A stretch of DNA of 64,000 nucleotides from Candidatus Limnocylindrales bacterium (GCA_049514315.1 JBEKVD010000003.1:6049-70048), one strand, 5' to 3'. Counted from the stretch's first letter, positions 19,943 through 28,771 are shown. Notes: generated by a model from the sequence alone, not told the origin. Made by a program: numbers and translations.

Positions 19943-20682
19943 GTTCGATGGAGTACACCGGGCCGGAGCGGCGCCGACCAGGTACGGGCGGCCGGGCAGC
20001 GGAGAAAACCACGATCCTGCTGGTCGACGACCACGCCCTGTTTCGTCTCGGGATGCGCGACATCCTCGAGCGGGAGCCCGCCTTCGAGATCGTCGGTGAG
20101 GCCGAAGACACGCGCGGCGCTTTCGACCTCTCCGTCCAGTTCTCACCCGACATCATATTGATGGATCTGTCACTGCCAGCTCCCGGCGGCATCGACGCAA
20201 CCCAGCGGATCAAGCGAGAACTGCCGTCGGCTGGGATCATCGTTCTTGCCGTCGACGAGGACGAGGACGCCCTGTTCGATGCCATCAAGGCCGGAGCGGC
20301 GGCGTTCATTCTCAAGGACGTGGCGCCGGACGACCTGGTCGCGATCATCCGCCGCGTGGCGGCAGGTGAATACCTGATCAACGACAAGGTCTTTGCGAAG
20401 CCGGCGGTGGCGAGCCGCGTCCTCAAGGAGTTTCGCGAGCTGGCGATCTACGGCCAGGAAGCGACTCCCATCTTTGCTCCGCTGTCGCCTCGCGAGGTCG
20501 AGATCCTGGACAATATCGCCCAGGGCATGACCAACAAGCAGGTGGCTTACGCCCTCTCCATCAGCGAGCAGACCGTCAAGAATCATATGTCCAGCATCCT
20601 TCGCAAACTGAGCGTCAACGATCGGACGCAGGCCGTCGTCTACGCGATGCGCCAGGGCTGGATTCGCATGCCCGAGGATTGA
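19939..20682 (+). CDS. NarL/DegU-family response regulator (REC + LuxR HTH)
   Basis: ILLVDDH..., IILMDLSLP (phospho-acceptor Asp) and C-terminal LSPREVEILDNIAQGMTNKQVAYALSISEQTVKNHMSSILRKL. ATGA overlap with the kinase. Confidence 0.9.
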   Translation: MSSMEYTGPERRRPGTGGRAAEKTTILLVDDHALFRLGMRDILEREPAFEIVGEAEDTRGAFDLSVQFSPDIILMDLSLPAPGGIDATQRIKRELPSAGIIVLAVDEDEDALFDAIKAGAAAFILKDVAPDDLVAIIRRVAAGEYLINDKVFAKPAVASRVLKEFRELAIYGQEATPIFAPLSPREVEILDNIAQGMTNKQVAYALSISEQTVKNHMSSILRKLSVNDRTQAVVYAMRQGWIRMPED

Positions 20683-20689
20683 GCCGCCC

Positions 20690-21853
20690 GTGGCCATCGA
20701 ACCGGGACCGCTGCCGTTGCTCGAAATCGCGGAGCGCGCAAGGCGCGAAATCGATCTGCTGACAAGGGAGATCGACGACCTCGAGGTGCTCGTGAGCCAG
20801 GCCCGGACTGAGGCCGACCATCACGAGCGGAAGCGCGCCCAGGCGGAGCAGGAGCAGGCGACCGCGGGCAAGGTGCCCGGAGGCGAGCGGGGCGATCAGC
20901 TCGTCGCCCTGACAAAGAGTTCGGTCATCATGGCGGCGCAGGTCGACATCCTCGAAGGCAAGCTCAAGGTCCTGACCCGGTTTCGAGAGAGCCTGCGCCG
21001 CTACAGCAGCGAGCTCGATCACGCTTCAATGGGAGGCGTTGTTCCGGAGGCCGTGCCGGACAGGCTCGACATGAGCGCGCCGCTCCTCCCGCCGGCCGTC
21101 TCGCGGCTCGTGCTGGCAGCCCAGGAGGACTTGCGTCGCGAGATCGCCCGGGCCATGCACGATGGCCCAGCCCAGAACCTGACCAACATCGTCCTCGAGG
21201 CGCAAATCGTGGAGCGGCTGCTGGACCGCGACCCGGCTGCGGCCAGGGCCGAGATCGGGCAGCTCGTGGAAATGGTTCAGCACACCCTGGAAGCTACCAA
21301 GACCTTCATCTTCGATGTCAGGCCGATGGTCCTGGACGACCTGGGGCTGGTTCCCACGCTGAGGCGAGTTGCACGGGACCGCGGGCGGCGATCCCATATC
21401 CCGATCGAGTTCGAGTCCTACGGGCCGGATCGGCGCCTGCCGCTCGACATCGAAAGCGCTCTCTTCCGGCTGATCGACGCGACGGTCACCGGCTTCCTGT
21501 CATGCCATCCGGATCGGATCTCGATCCGCGTTGAATGGGCCTCGGACAGGACGGAGGCCTGCATCGCGGCCAGGCGCAGGCAAGCCGAGGATCTGAAGGA
21601 GCCGGAGGGCGAAAACGCCGTGCCTGCCTTCACGCGGGGCACGGCCGTCGAAGGCGACATGCCTGAGGCGCTCAAAGCCATGATCAAAGACACGGACGCG
21701 GCTGCGATCGCGCGAGCGGAAGGGGCCAATCAACTGCTGGCCCTGCCGCCCAACACGTGGCGCGACATCCAGCAACGGGCCGCCACAATTGGCGCAACGG
21801 CCGAGATGGCTGATGAAGGCCGGGAAGTGATCCTGGTCCTGCCAGCGAGTTGA
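20690..21853 (+). CDS. DegS-like paralog with intact H-box but degenerate ATP-binding domain (pseudo-kinase or phosphotransfer protein)
   Basis: The H-box REIARAMHDGPAQNL and X-region are conserved. In the C-terminal half I cannot find the N-box Asn, G1 (DxGxG) or G2 (GxGL) motifs. GTG start 7 nt after the RR stop. Confidence 0.7.
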   Translation: MAIEPGPLPLLEIAERARREIDLLTREIDDLEVLVSQARTEADHHERKRAQAEQEQATAGKVPGGERGDQLVALTKSSVIMAAQVDILEGKLKVLTRFRESLRRYSSELDHASMGGVVPEAVPDRLDMSAPLLPPAVSRLVLAAQEDLRREIARAMHDGPAQNLTNIVLEAQIVERLLDRDPAAARAEIGQLVEMVQHTLEATKTFIFDVRPMVLDDLGLVPTLRRVARDRGRRSHIPIEFESYGPDRRLPLDIESALFRLIDATVTGFLSCHPDRISIRVEWASDRTEACIAARRRQAEDLKEPEGENAVPAFTRGTAVEGDMPEALKAMIKDTDAAAIARAEGANQLLALPPNTWRDIQQRAATIGATAEMADEGREVILVLPAS

Positions 21854-22065
21854 CCCGGGGGCAGGCGCCATCGCGTCGGACCGGCGTGCACGCGGGCAGA
21901 CCGGGCGCCGTTCGTGGATCCCTGCAAGCTCCCGGCGAGATCGGTCAGGGCCTCATCGAATACGGCCTCATCCTGCTTCTCATGTCCGTGGTTTGCTTCG
22001 TCTCGCTGGTGTTCTTTGGGGATCAACTGTCATCGCTGCTCAGCCTGATCGCCTCGGCGGTCTGA
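21850..22065 (+). CDS. flp: Flp/Fap-family type IVb pilin (Flp-1), long leader
   Basis: Flp motif EIG|QGLIEYGLILLLMSVV followed by a hydrophobic helix and a short C-terminus. TTG 21850 overlaps the upstream stop (TTGA). An in-frame GTG at 21886 is an alternative start. Confidence 0.7.
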   Translation: MTRGQAPSRRTGVHAGRPGAVRGSLQAPGEIGQGLIEYGLILLLMSVVCFVSLVFFGDQLSSLLSLIASAV

Positions 22066-22273
22066 GGCCCCCGCGGGCCGGGGCTCGATGGCCACGACCA
22101 CACCGACGCACGGGTGACACTCAGATGAACGCCGAACTGTCGGATCTGGCGAAGTGTGGGGGGCATACTTCCGGGTCCTGCCATTACTAACGGGCTATTG
22201 GCCCCCTGGGGGGCGGCAACCAGAATAAACGCTACCCCTCCCATTAGAGGACGCCCTTATCTGGAGGCCATTG

Positions 22274-22447
22274 ATGCTCGCGTTGATGCTCGCTCGGTTG
22301 CCGTTGCTCTCGCGGTCCGAGAAGGGCCAGGGTCTGGCTGAGTATGCCCTGATCCTTGCCCTCATTGCTGTCGTCGCTATTGCGGCGCTCATCTTCCTTG
22401 GCGGCAAAGTCTCGACGATCCTCAGCACAGTCGGCACCTCGATTTAA
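22274..22447 (+). CDS. flp: Flp/Fap-family type IVb pilin (Flp-2), 57 aa, absent from the supplied ORF track
   Basis: My translation is MLALMLARLPLLSRSEKGQGLAEYALILALIAVVAIAALIFLGGKVSTILSTVGTSI*. Canonical Flp motif G/QGLAEYALI. GGAGG lies 6 nt upstream of ATG 22274. A perfect terminator follows. Confidence 0.85.
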   Translation: MLALMLARLPLLSRSEKGQGLAEYALILALIAVVAIAALIFLGGKVSTILSTVGTSI

Positions 22448-22461
22448 CCGACCAGCTGAAC

Positions 22462-22498
22462 AAAAAGCGGGCCGCGCTCGGTGCGCGGCCCGCTTTTT
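22462..22498 (+). terminator. Rho-independent terminator after flp-2
   Basis: Perfect 16-nt inverted repeat AAAAAGCGGGCCGCGC / GCGCGGCCCGCTTTTT with a 5-nt loop (TCGGT). GC-rich stem plus T-tract. Confidence 0.75.
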
Positions 22499-22605
22499 GT
22501 GCCCCGGGAACCGAGTCCGACCAGTTTCACCACCAGACCCGAGAATCCTTCCTAGTACGAGTAGCCCATTCGTATAGTCCTCGTAAGGTCGACAACAAGG
22601 TTACC

Positions 22606-23601
22606 TTGATGATGCCTGTCAAACGCGTTTGGAGTGTCGTCGTGAAACGGTCCAGTCGATTGATAGTCCTGCTCGGGGTCGTCCTGGCCATCGCCGGCGG
22701 CGTCGCCGCGATCGTGCTGGCAAACGGAGCCGGTAGCAACGGCGGCATCCCGGCGCCCTCGCCGACAGCCACGCCTGAGCCGACGGTCACGGTCGTCGTC
22801 GCCAAAGTTGACATCAACCTGGGCGATACGATCACAACGAGCATGGTCGGCGTTCAGACCATGACGGTCTCCCAGCGCGACGCACTGGGTCAAGACACCT
22901 TCTCGAGCGTCGACCAAGTCATCGGCAAGATCGCCGGTGGGCAGATCACGTCCGGGCAGGTCCTGATGCCCAGTCGGGACATTCTCAGTCCGGGGTCCAT
23001 GACCGATGGCACGGACATATCCGGCGCGATCTCGCCTGGCATGGTCGCCGTGTCCGTGGAAGTCGACCAGACGAACGGCGTAGGCACGCTCATCGTGCCG
23101 GGTGATCACGTCGACATAATCCTCAGCGTTTACACGGATCAGATCGCCATCTCGGGCAAAAATGCCTCCGGCAACATTATCCCCCTCACCGGCGGGCAGC
23201 AGGTCACCAGCAAGATTGTGATCCAGAATCGCAGGATCCTCGCGACGCTTCTGCAGCCGTCCGCTGCAGTCCCCACGGCCGCGCCGGTCGCCAACGCGAC
23301 CGCCGCGGCCCCCGCCCCAACCTCGGCGATCGTGCAGTTCACAGAACGCACCATGATCGCGATCGTGGAGGTCACCCCCGACGAAGCCGAGATCATCCGG
23401 TGGGCCCAACGCGCGGAGACGGAGGGTACGCAAAACTACATCGACCTCGCCTTTGCCCTGCGCTCGACCAAGGACAACTCGGCGCCGCCGGTGGTCACCC
23501 CGGGCATCACCTTCAAGATGCTGGTCGACAAGTACGGCGTGCTTCCGCCGGATCCGCGAGGCATCCTGCCCGCAGACCTGGCCCAGGGAATCCAGTGGTA
23601 G
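22606..23601 (+). CDS. cpaB: Flp pilus assembly protein CpaB/RcpC
   Basis: N-terminal TM anchor (RLIVLLGVVLAIAGGVAAIVLA). SAF-like VVVAKVDINLGDTITTSMV. Position immediately after flp. Confidence 0.8.
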   Translation: MMMPVKRVWSVVVKRSSRLIVLLGVVLAIAGGVAAIVLANGAGSNGGIPAPSPTATPEPTVTVVVAKVDINLGDTITTSMVGVQTMTVSQRDALGQDTFSSVDQVIGKIAGGQITSGQVLMPSRDILSPGSMTDGTDISGAISPGMVAVSVEVDQTNGVGTLIVPGDHVDIILSVYTDQIAISGKNASGNIIPLTGGQQVTSKIVIQNRRILATLLQPSAAVPTAAPVANATAAAPAPTSAIVQFTERTMIAIVEVTPDEAEIIRWAQRAETEGTQNYIDLAFALRSTKDNSAPPVVTPGITFKMLVDKYGVLPPDPRGILPADLAQGIQW

Positions 23602-23684
23602 ACAGCTCCGCTCTGAGCTGCCAGGGCCACCCGGGAGGGACCGTTTCGCGCGGCCTGCGAAGCCCTCTGGAAGTTTGATTTCCG

Positions 23685-24914
23685 ATGACTGACCGGATCC
23701 AGGTTCTGATCGTCGATGACATCCCGGAGACGCGGGACCACCTCACGAGACTGCTCGGGTTCGAGTCCGATATCCAGGTGATCGGGACGGCCTCATCGGG
23801 CGCGAACGCGATCGAGAAGGCGACCACGCTTCTGCCGGATGTCATCCTCATGGACATCAACATGCCCGACATGGATGGAATCGCGGCAACCGAGCGTCTG
23901 TCCGCCCAGGTCCCGACCGCAGCCGTGGTGATGATGTCGGTCCAGGGCGAAGCCGACTACCTGCGCCGCTCGATGCTTGCCGGGGCCCGCGAGTTCCTCG
24001 TCAAGCCCTTCAGCAGCGATGAATTGACGGCCTCGATTCGTCAGGTCTATGCGCGCGAGAAGGAGAAAGGCCGGCGGGCGGTCATCGCGGAGGCCGCGCG
24101 AACCCAGGACACGACTCGGGATGGCCAGGTCGTGGCCGTCTTTAGCCCGAAGGGCGGGGTCGGCAGAACCACCATTGCCGTCAACCTGGCCGTGGCCGCC
24201 TCCGAGCTGGGCAAGAAAGTAACCCTCATCGACGCGTCGCTCCAGTTCGGTGACGTGGCCGTCCTCGTGAACCTGAACCCAAGTGACAAATCCATAGCTA
24301 ACCTGCTCCCCGAGCTCGAGCAGGGACTTGATCCAGAGGCGGTCGAGGCGGCCACCCTCATCCATTCGTCGGGCACGAGAGTCCTGCTCTCCCCGCCTTC
24401 GCCGGAGATGGCCGAACTCATCACCCCCGCCGGCGTGAAGAACGTTGTCGAGATCCTCCGCCAGCGCAGCGAGCTCGTGGTGGTCGATTGCGCGGCTTGG
24501 TTCAACGACACACTCCTTGGCATCCTGGACCGGGCCGACGTACTACTGACCGTGCTCACCCTGGAGATCACGAGCATCAAGAGCACACGGCTGTTTCTGG
24601 CAGTCGCCGAGCAGCTCGGCTATTCACACAAGGTCCGTTTGGTCCTGAACCGCGCCGACACGGCCCTGGGGATCAGGGTGGCCGATGTCGAGCACTCGAT
24701 TGGCCGCAAGGTCGACCACGCAATCGTGAGCGACGGACGGACCGTCGTGTATGCGCTGAACCGCGGCGTCCCATTCGTGCTCAGCAACCGAGAGAGCCAG
24801 GTATCTCAGGACGTTCTTCGTCTGGCCAAGTCCATCATCGGAGGACCAAAAGTGCGCGAAGAGAACGGCCGTAAGGCGCCCCAGAAGAGCAAGTCGCTCT
24901 TCGCGTGGAGATGA
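23685..24914 (+). CDS. cpaE: CpaE/TadZ-type ParA/MinD ATPase fused to a canonical receiver (REC) domain
   Basis: REC: VLIVDDIPETR, DVILMDINMPDMDG, and K in LVKPF. ATPase: deviant Walker A VFSPKGGVGRTTIAVNLA. Confidence 0.85.
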   Translation: MTDRIQVLIVDDIPETRDHLTRLLGFESDIQVIGTASSGANAIEKATTLLPDVILMDINMPDMDGIAATERLSAQVPTAAVVMMSVQGEADYLRRSMLAGAREFLVKPFSSDELTASIRQVYAREKEKGRRAVIAEAARTQDTTRDGQVVAVFSPKGGVGRTTIAVNLAVAASELGKKVTLIDASLQFGDVAVLVNLNPSDKSIANLLPELEQGLDPEAVEAATLIHSSGTRVLLSPPSPEMAELITPAGVKNVVEILRQRSELVVVDCAAWFNDTLLGILDRADVLLTVLTLEITSIKSTRLFLAVAEQLGYSHKVRLVLNRADTALGIRVADVEHSIGRKVDHAIVSDGRTVVYALNRGVPFVLSNRESQVSQDVLRLAKSIIGGPKVREENGRKAPQKSKSLFAWR

Positions 24915-24946
24915 CCCTCCTGCAGGGCCAGCAAGGGGTGTAGGCG

Positions 24947-26311
24947 ATGTCCCTTATGAAGCGGATCGAAAGCGCCCGACCGGGCGTGGCCCCGGGCGTT
25001 CCTGGCGGGATCCCCGGCCCCGCCGAGCAGCGCATCCTGGGCCAGATTCCCGTGCGCGAATCCCTGCGTGAGGTCAAGTTCCGGGTTCAGTCGCGCGTCA
25101 TCCAGGACCTGGACCCCAAGCTCGATCTGGCCAACCAGATCGAGGTCCGGCGCCAGATCGAAGAGATCTTCTCGCGAGTGGTGGACGAGGAGAGCCTGGC
25201 ACTCACGCGTGCCGAGCGACTCCGGATGCTCGAGCAGATCACCGACGAGATCATCGGCCTCGGCCCCCTCGAGCCCCTTCTCCGCGACGACACCGTGACC
25301 GAAATCATGGTCAACGGCCCACGCCAGGTGTACATCGAGCGCAACGGCCGCCTCGAGCTGACCAACGTCGTCTTCCAGAACGACGACCACGTGATGCGCA
25401 TCATCGATCGGATCATCGCCCCGATCGGCCGGCGCATCGATGAGTCGAGCCCGATGGTCGACGCCCGCCTGACGGACGGTTCACGCGTCAACGCGATCAT
25501 CCCGCCCTTGTCCTTGGTCGGGCCGGTCGTCACGGTCCGGAAGTTTTCGGCGTCGCCGTTCACGGTTGACGACCTGATTCGCTTCGGCACGGCCACGCCC
25601 GAGATGTTCGACTTTCTGCGGGCTTGCGTTGAAGCTCGTCTGAACATCTTCGTGTCGGGAGGCACGGGGTCGGGCAAGACCACGACCCTCAACGTCCTCT
25701 CGTCGTTCATCCCGAATGACGAACGCATCATCACCGTCGAGGATGCCGCCGAACTCCAGCTCCGCCAGGAGCATGTGGTCACGCTCGAGTCGCGGCAGCC
25801 GAACATCGAAGGTCACGGAGCCGTCCCGATCCGCGAACTGGTACGCAACTGCCTGCGAATGCGTCCTGACCGGATCATTGTCGGCGAGTGCCGGGGAGGC
25901 GAAGCCCTGGACATGCTCCAGGCAATGAACACCGGCCATGACGGCTCGATGTCCACCGGCCACGCCAACAGCCCGCGCGACATGTTGTCCCGCCTCGAGA
26001 CGATGGTCCTCATGGCCGGCGTCGACCTGCCGCTACGGGCCATCCGCGAGCAAGTCTCGGCTGCCGTCGACCTCATCGTGCATCAGTCCCGACTCAAGGA
26101 CGGCTCGCGGCGGATCCAGTACATCACCGAAGTCCAGGGAATGGAGGGCGACATCATCGTGATGCAGGACGTCTTCCTGTTCGAGCAGACCGGCGTGATC
26201 GAAGGCAAGATCCAGGGCCGCCTGCGGGCAACGGGGATTCGGCCCAAGTTCGTCGAGAAGTTCGAGGTCATGGGCATCCACCTGCCCGCCGGCCTGTTTG
26301 GCTTCGCTTAG
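24947..26311 (+). CDS. cpaF: Tad/Flp pilus secretion ATPase CpaF/TadA
   Basis: Walker [17 protein letters not shown]. Asp box [12 protein letters not shown]. Walker [14 protein letters not shown]. His box [13 protein letters not shown]. Confidence 0.93.
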   Translation: MSLMKRIESARPGVAPGVPGGIPGPAEQRILGQIPVRESLREVKFRVQSRVIQDLDPKLDLANQIEVRRQIEEIFSRVVDEESLALTRAERLRMLEQITDEIIGLGPLEPLLRDDTVTEIMVNGPRQVYIERNGRLELTNVVFQNDDHVMRIIDRIIAPIGRRIDESSPMVDARLTDGSRVNAIIPPLSLVGPVVTVRKFSASPFTVDDLIRFGTATPEMFDFLRACVEARLNIFVSGGTGSGKTTTLNVLSSFIPNDERIITVEDAAELQLRQEHVVTLESRQPNIEGHGAVPIRELVRNCLRMRPDRIIVGECRGGEALDMLQAMNTGHDGSMSTGHANSPRDMLSRLETMVLMAGVDLPLRAIREQVSAAVDLIVHQSRLKDGSRRIQYITEVQGMEGDIIVMQDVFLFEQTGVIEGKIQGRLRATGIRPKFVEKFEVMGIHLPAGLFGFA

Positions 26312-26331
26312 GCCGGGGCTGGAGTAGCGTC

Positions 26332-27348
26332 ATGTTGGGGATCGTCGTCGGGACTCTCGTCTTCAGCGGGATACTGCTGCTATTCCTGGGTGTCGCCAGC
26401 GCGAGCCGGGGCGGCGGCATCAACGCTCGACTCGAGCGGTACGCCAGCAGCAAGGTGGAGCCGACGGCGGTGGCGACCCCGACGAAGGAGTCCGCCGGAC
26501 TCGGCGGCGTGCTGGCCGGGAGCGTGACCCTCGCGCGCCTGAACCGGCTGGTGGAGCGCAGGGACTTCGGCACCAACCTCGCCCGCGACATCGCTCGCGC
26601 GGACCTGAAGCTCCGGACGAGCGAGTTTCTGGTCATCTGGCTCGCCACCATTCTGGCTGTGCCCCTTGTGTTCGCGGTACTCGGCCTCGTCCTGTCACCG
26701 CTCGGCACGCCGATCGCACTCTTGATTGGCGCCGTCATCGGTTTCTTCCTCCCCCGAATGTGGTTGGGACGCCGCAGGTCCTCGCGTCTGAACGCGTTCA
26801 ACAAGCAGCTCCCCGACACCATCACGCTTATCGCCAACGCATTGCGAGCAGGGTCGTCGTTCATGCAGGCGATCGAGATGGTGGTCCGTGAGTCGACTCC
26901 GCCGGTGACCGTCGAATTCGGGCGGGTTGTCCGCGAGGTCAATCTCGGCCTCGCCTTCGAGATGGCCCTCGACAACATGGTCCGCCGCGTCCGATCGGAC
27001 GACCTCGAACTGATGGCGACTGCGATAAACATCCAGCACCAGGTCGGCGGCAACCTCGCTGAGATCCTCGACTCGATCGCCTTTACTATTCGAGAGCGCG
27101 TTCGGATCAAGAGCGAGATTCGGATCCTGACCGCCCAGCAGCGACTGTCCGGCTTTGTCGTGGCTGGGATGCCGATCGGCCTGGCAGCTCTCCTGACCGT
27201 GATTGCCCCGGGATTCATGCAGCCGATGTTCGACAACCCACCCGGCATCATCGGCCTGCCTGCCGGCGTGATCCTCCTGGCCATCGGTGGCCTCTCGATG
27301 TTCACGGGGTTCATCCTCATCAGGCGCATCGTCGCCATCGAGGTCTGA
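26332..27348 (+). CDS. tadB: Tad pilus inner-membrane platform protein TadB
   Basis: T2SF-like domain (QLPDTITLIANALRAGSSFMQAIE) with terminal TM segments. Position after cpaF. Confidence 0.85.
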   Translation: MLGIVVGTLVFSGILLLFLGVASASRGGGINARLERYASSKVEPTAVATPTKESAGLGGVLAGSVTLARLNRLVERRDFGTNLARDIARADLKLRTSEFLVIWLATILAVPLVFAVLGLVLSPLGTPIALLIGAVIGFFLPRMWLGRRRSSRLNAFNKQLPDTITLIANALRAGSSFMQAIEMVVRESTPPVTVEFGRVVREVNLGLAFEMALDNMVRRVRSDDLELMATAINIQHQVGGNLAEILDSIAFTIRERVRIKSEIRILTAQQRLSGFVVAGMPIGLAALLTVIAPGFMQPMFDNPPGIIGLPAGVILLAIGGLSMFTGFILIRRIVAIEV

Positions 27349-27351
27349 GAG

Positions 27352-28281
27352 ATGCTGACTATCGTCGTTGGCACCCTCGTCGGCGGCGGAATCCTCGTTC
27401 TGTTCCTCGGCCTCGCCGCCGGCAGGTCGGTCGATCCAGTCCAGGCGCGACTTACTCAGCTCGGCCCAGTCCAGGCCAGGAACCTCGAGGAGCTCGAACT
27501 CCAGCAGCCTTTCGCAGAGCGCACCCTTCGGCCCCTGGTGAGCCGTCTCTCGCGATTGGGCAGTCGACTCAGCAGCGCCTCGTCGACCGAGACGGCGGAG
27601 AGGCGGCTGGCAATGGCCGGCAACCCCGCCGACCTCAAGCTGACCGACTGGATGGGCGTCAAGATCCTGGTCGGCATCGCCACCGGTGTGCTCCTGTTCG
27701 CAATATCCGGCCTGCTTGGGGCCGGGATCGTACCCGGCATCTTCCTCGGGCTCGTCGGCCTAGGGATCGGCTACGTCCTCCCAGAATTCTGGCTTGGCCG
27801 CCGCATCAAAGCCCGCCAGAAGCTCATCCTGAAGATGATCCCGGACGCACTCGACCTGTTGACCATTTCCGTGCGCGCCGGCCTCGGCTTCGACGCGGCC
27901 CTGGCGAAGGTGGTCGAGAAACTGCCAGGTCCCCTCAGTGACGAGTTCCGCAGGGCGCTGGCCGAGGTCCGGGTCGGGAAGGCTCGGCGAGATGCGCTCC
28001 GAGACATCATCCCCCGCACCAATGTGGGCCCGCTGTCCAACTTCATCGGCGCGATAGTCCAAGCCGAACTGCTGGGTGTGTCGATTTCGAAGGTGCTGCA
28101 GGTCCAATCCGAGCAGCTTCGCATCGAGCGCCGACAGCGAGCCGAGGAGATGGCGGCTCGAGCCCCGATCAAGATGCTGTTCCCGCTGGTCGGTTGCATC
28201 TTTCCGTCCCTCTTCATTGTGATCCTGGGCCCGGCCATAATCTCGATTGCCAAGACGCTTGGATCGGGCGTCGTACCGTGA
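27352..28281 (+). CDS. tadC: Tad pilus inner-membrane platform protein TadC
   Basis: T2SF-like domain (IPDALDLLTISVRAGLGFDAALAKV). 3-nt gap after tadB. Confidence 0.85.
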   Translation: MLTIVVGTLVGGGILVLFLGLAAGRSVDPVQARLTQLGPVQARNLEELELQQPFAERTLRPLVSRLSRLGSRLSSASSTETAERRLAMAGNPADLKLTDWMGVKILVGIATGVLLFAISGLLGAGIVPGIFLGLVGLGIGYVLPEFWLGRRIKARQKLILKMIPDALDLLTISVRAGLGFDAALAKVVEKLPGPLSDEFRRALAEVRVGKARRDALRDIIPRTNVGPLSNFIGAIVQAELLGVSISKVLQVQSEQLRIERRQRAEEMAARAPIKMLFPLVGCIFPSLFIVILGPAIISIAKTLGSGVVP

Positions 28282-28664
28282 GCCGGCGGCGGCTCGTTGC
28301 GCGCAACCTCAGCCGCGACACCACGCTCGCCGATCAACTCGAAGACGGGGCTTCGTTCTGGGCCAGGTTCATGGGCCTCATGGGTCGTGCATCTCTGCAA
28401 CCAGGCCAAGGGCTGTGGTTGCCGGGAGAAGACGGCATCCACATGCTGTTCATGAGGTTTCCCCTTGACATCGTCTTCGTATCACCGCCGGGGGATGGCC
28501 CTGCCGGGGGGCGCCGAGTTCTTTCCGCCCGCCGGGGCGTGCTACCCTGGCGCGGCGTCGTGTGGCGAGTCGCGGGAGCAAAGGGCGTGCTCGAGTTGCC
28601 GGCTGGCACGATCGAGGCGACCCGCACGGTCGTCGGCGACCAGATCGCCATCGAGCCCGCATAG
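28278..28664 (+). CDS. DUF192 domain protein
   Basis: RFMGLMGR...GIHMLFMRFPLDIVFV...GVLELPAGT matches the DUF192 pattern. GTG 28278 overlaps the tadC stop (GTGA). Confidence 0.7.
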   Translation: MSRRRLVARNLSRDTTLADQLEDGASFWARFMGLMGRASLQPGQGLWLPGEDGIHMLFMRFPLDIVFVSPPGDGPAGGRRVLSARRGVLPWRGVVWRVAGAKGVLELPAGTIEATRTVVGDQIAIEPA

Positions 28665-28771
28665 CGCCGCGACCTCCGGCCGGCCTTGCCCACGCGCTGG
28701 ACCCGCTCCTGCGAGATGCCGCATAAGCGCACGTTACGTGGCGGGTGATTCCGCTGCGGTAGTGTCAGAGG

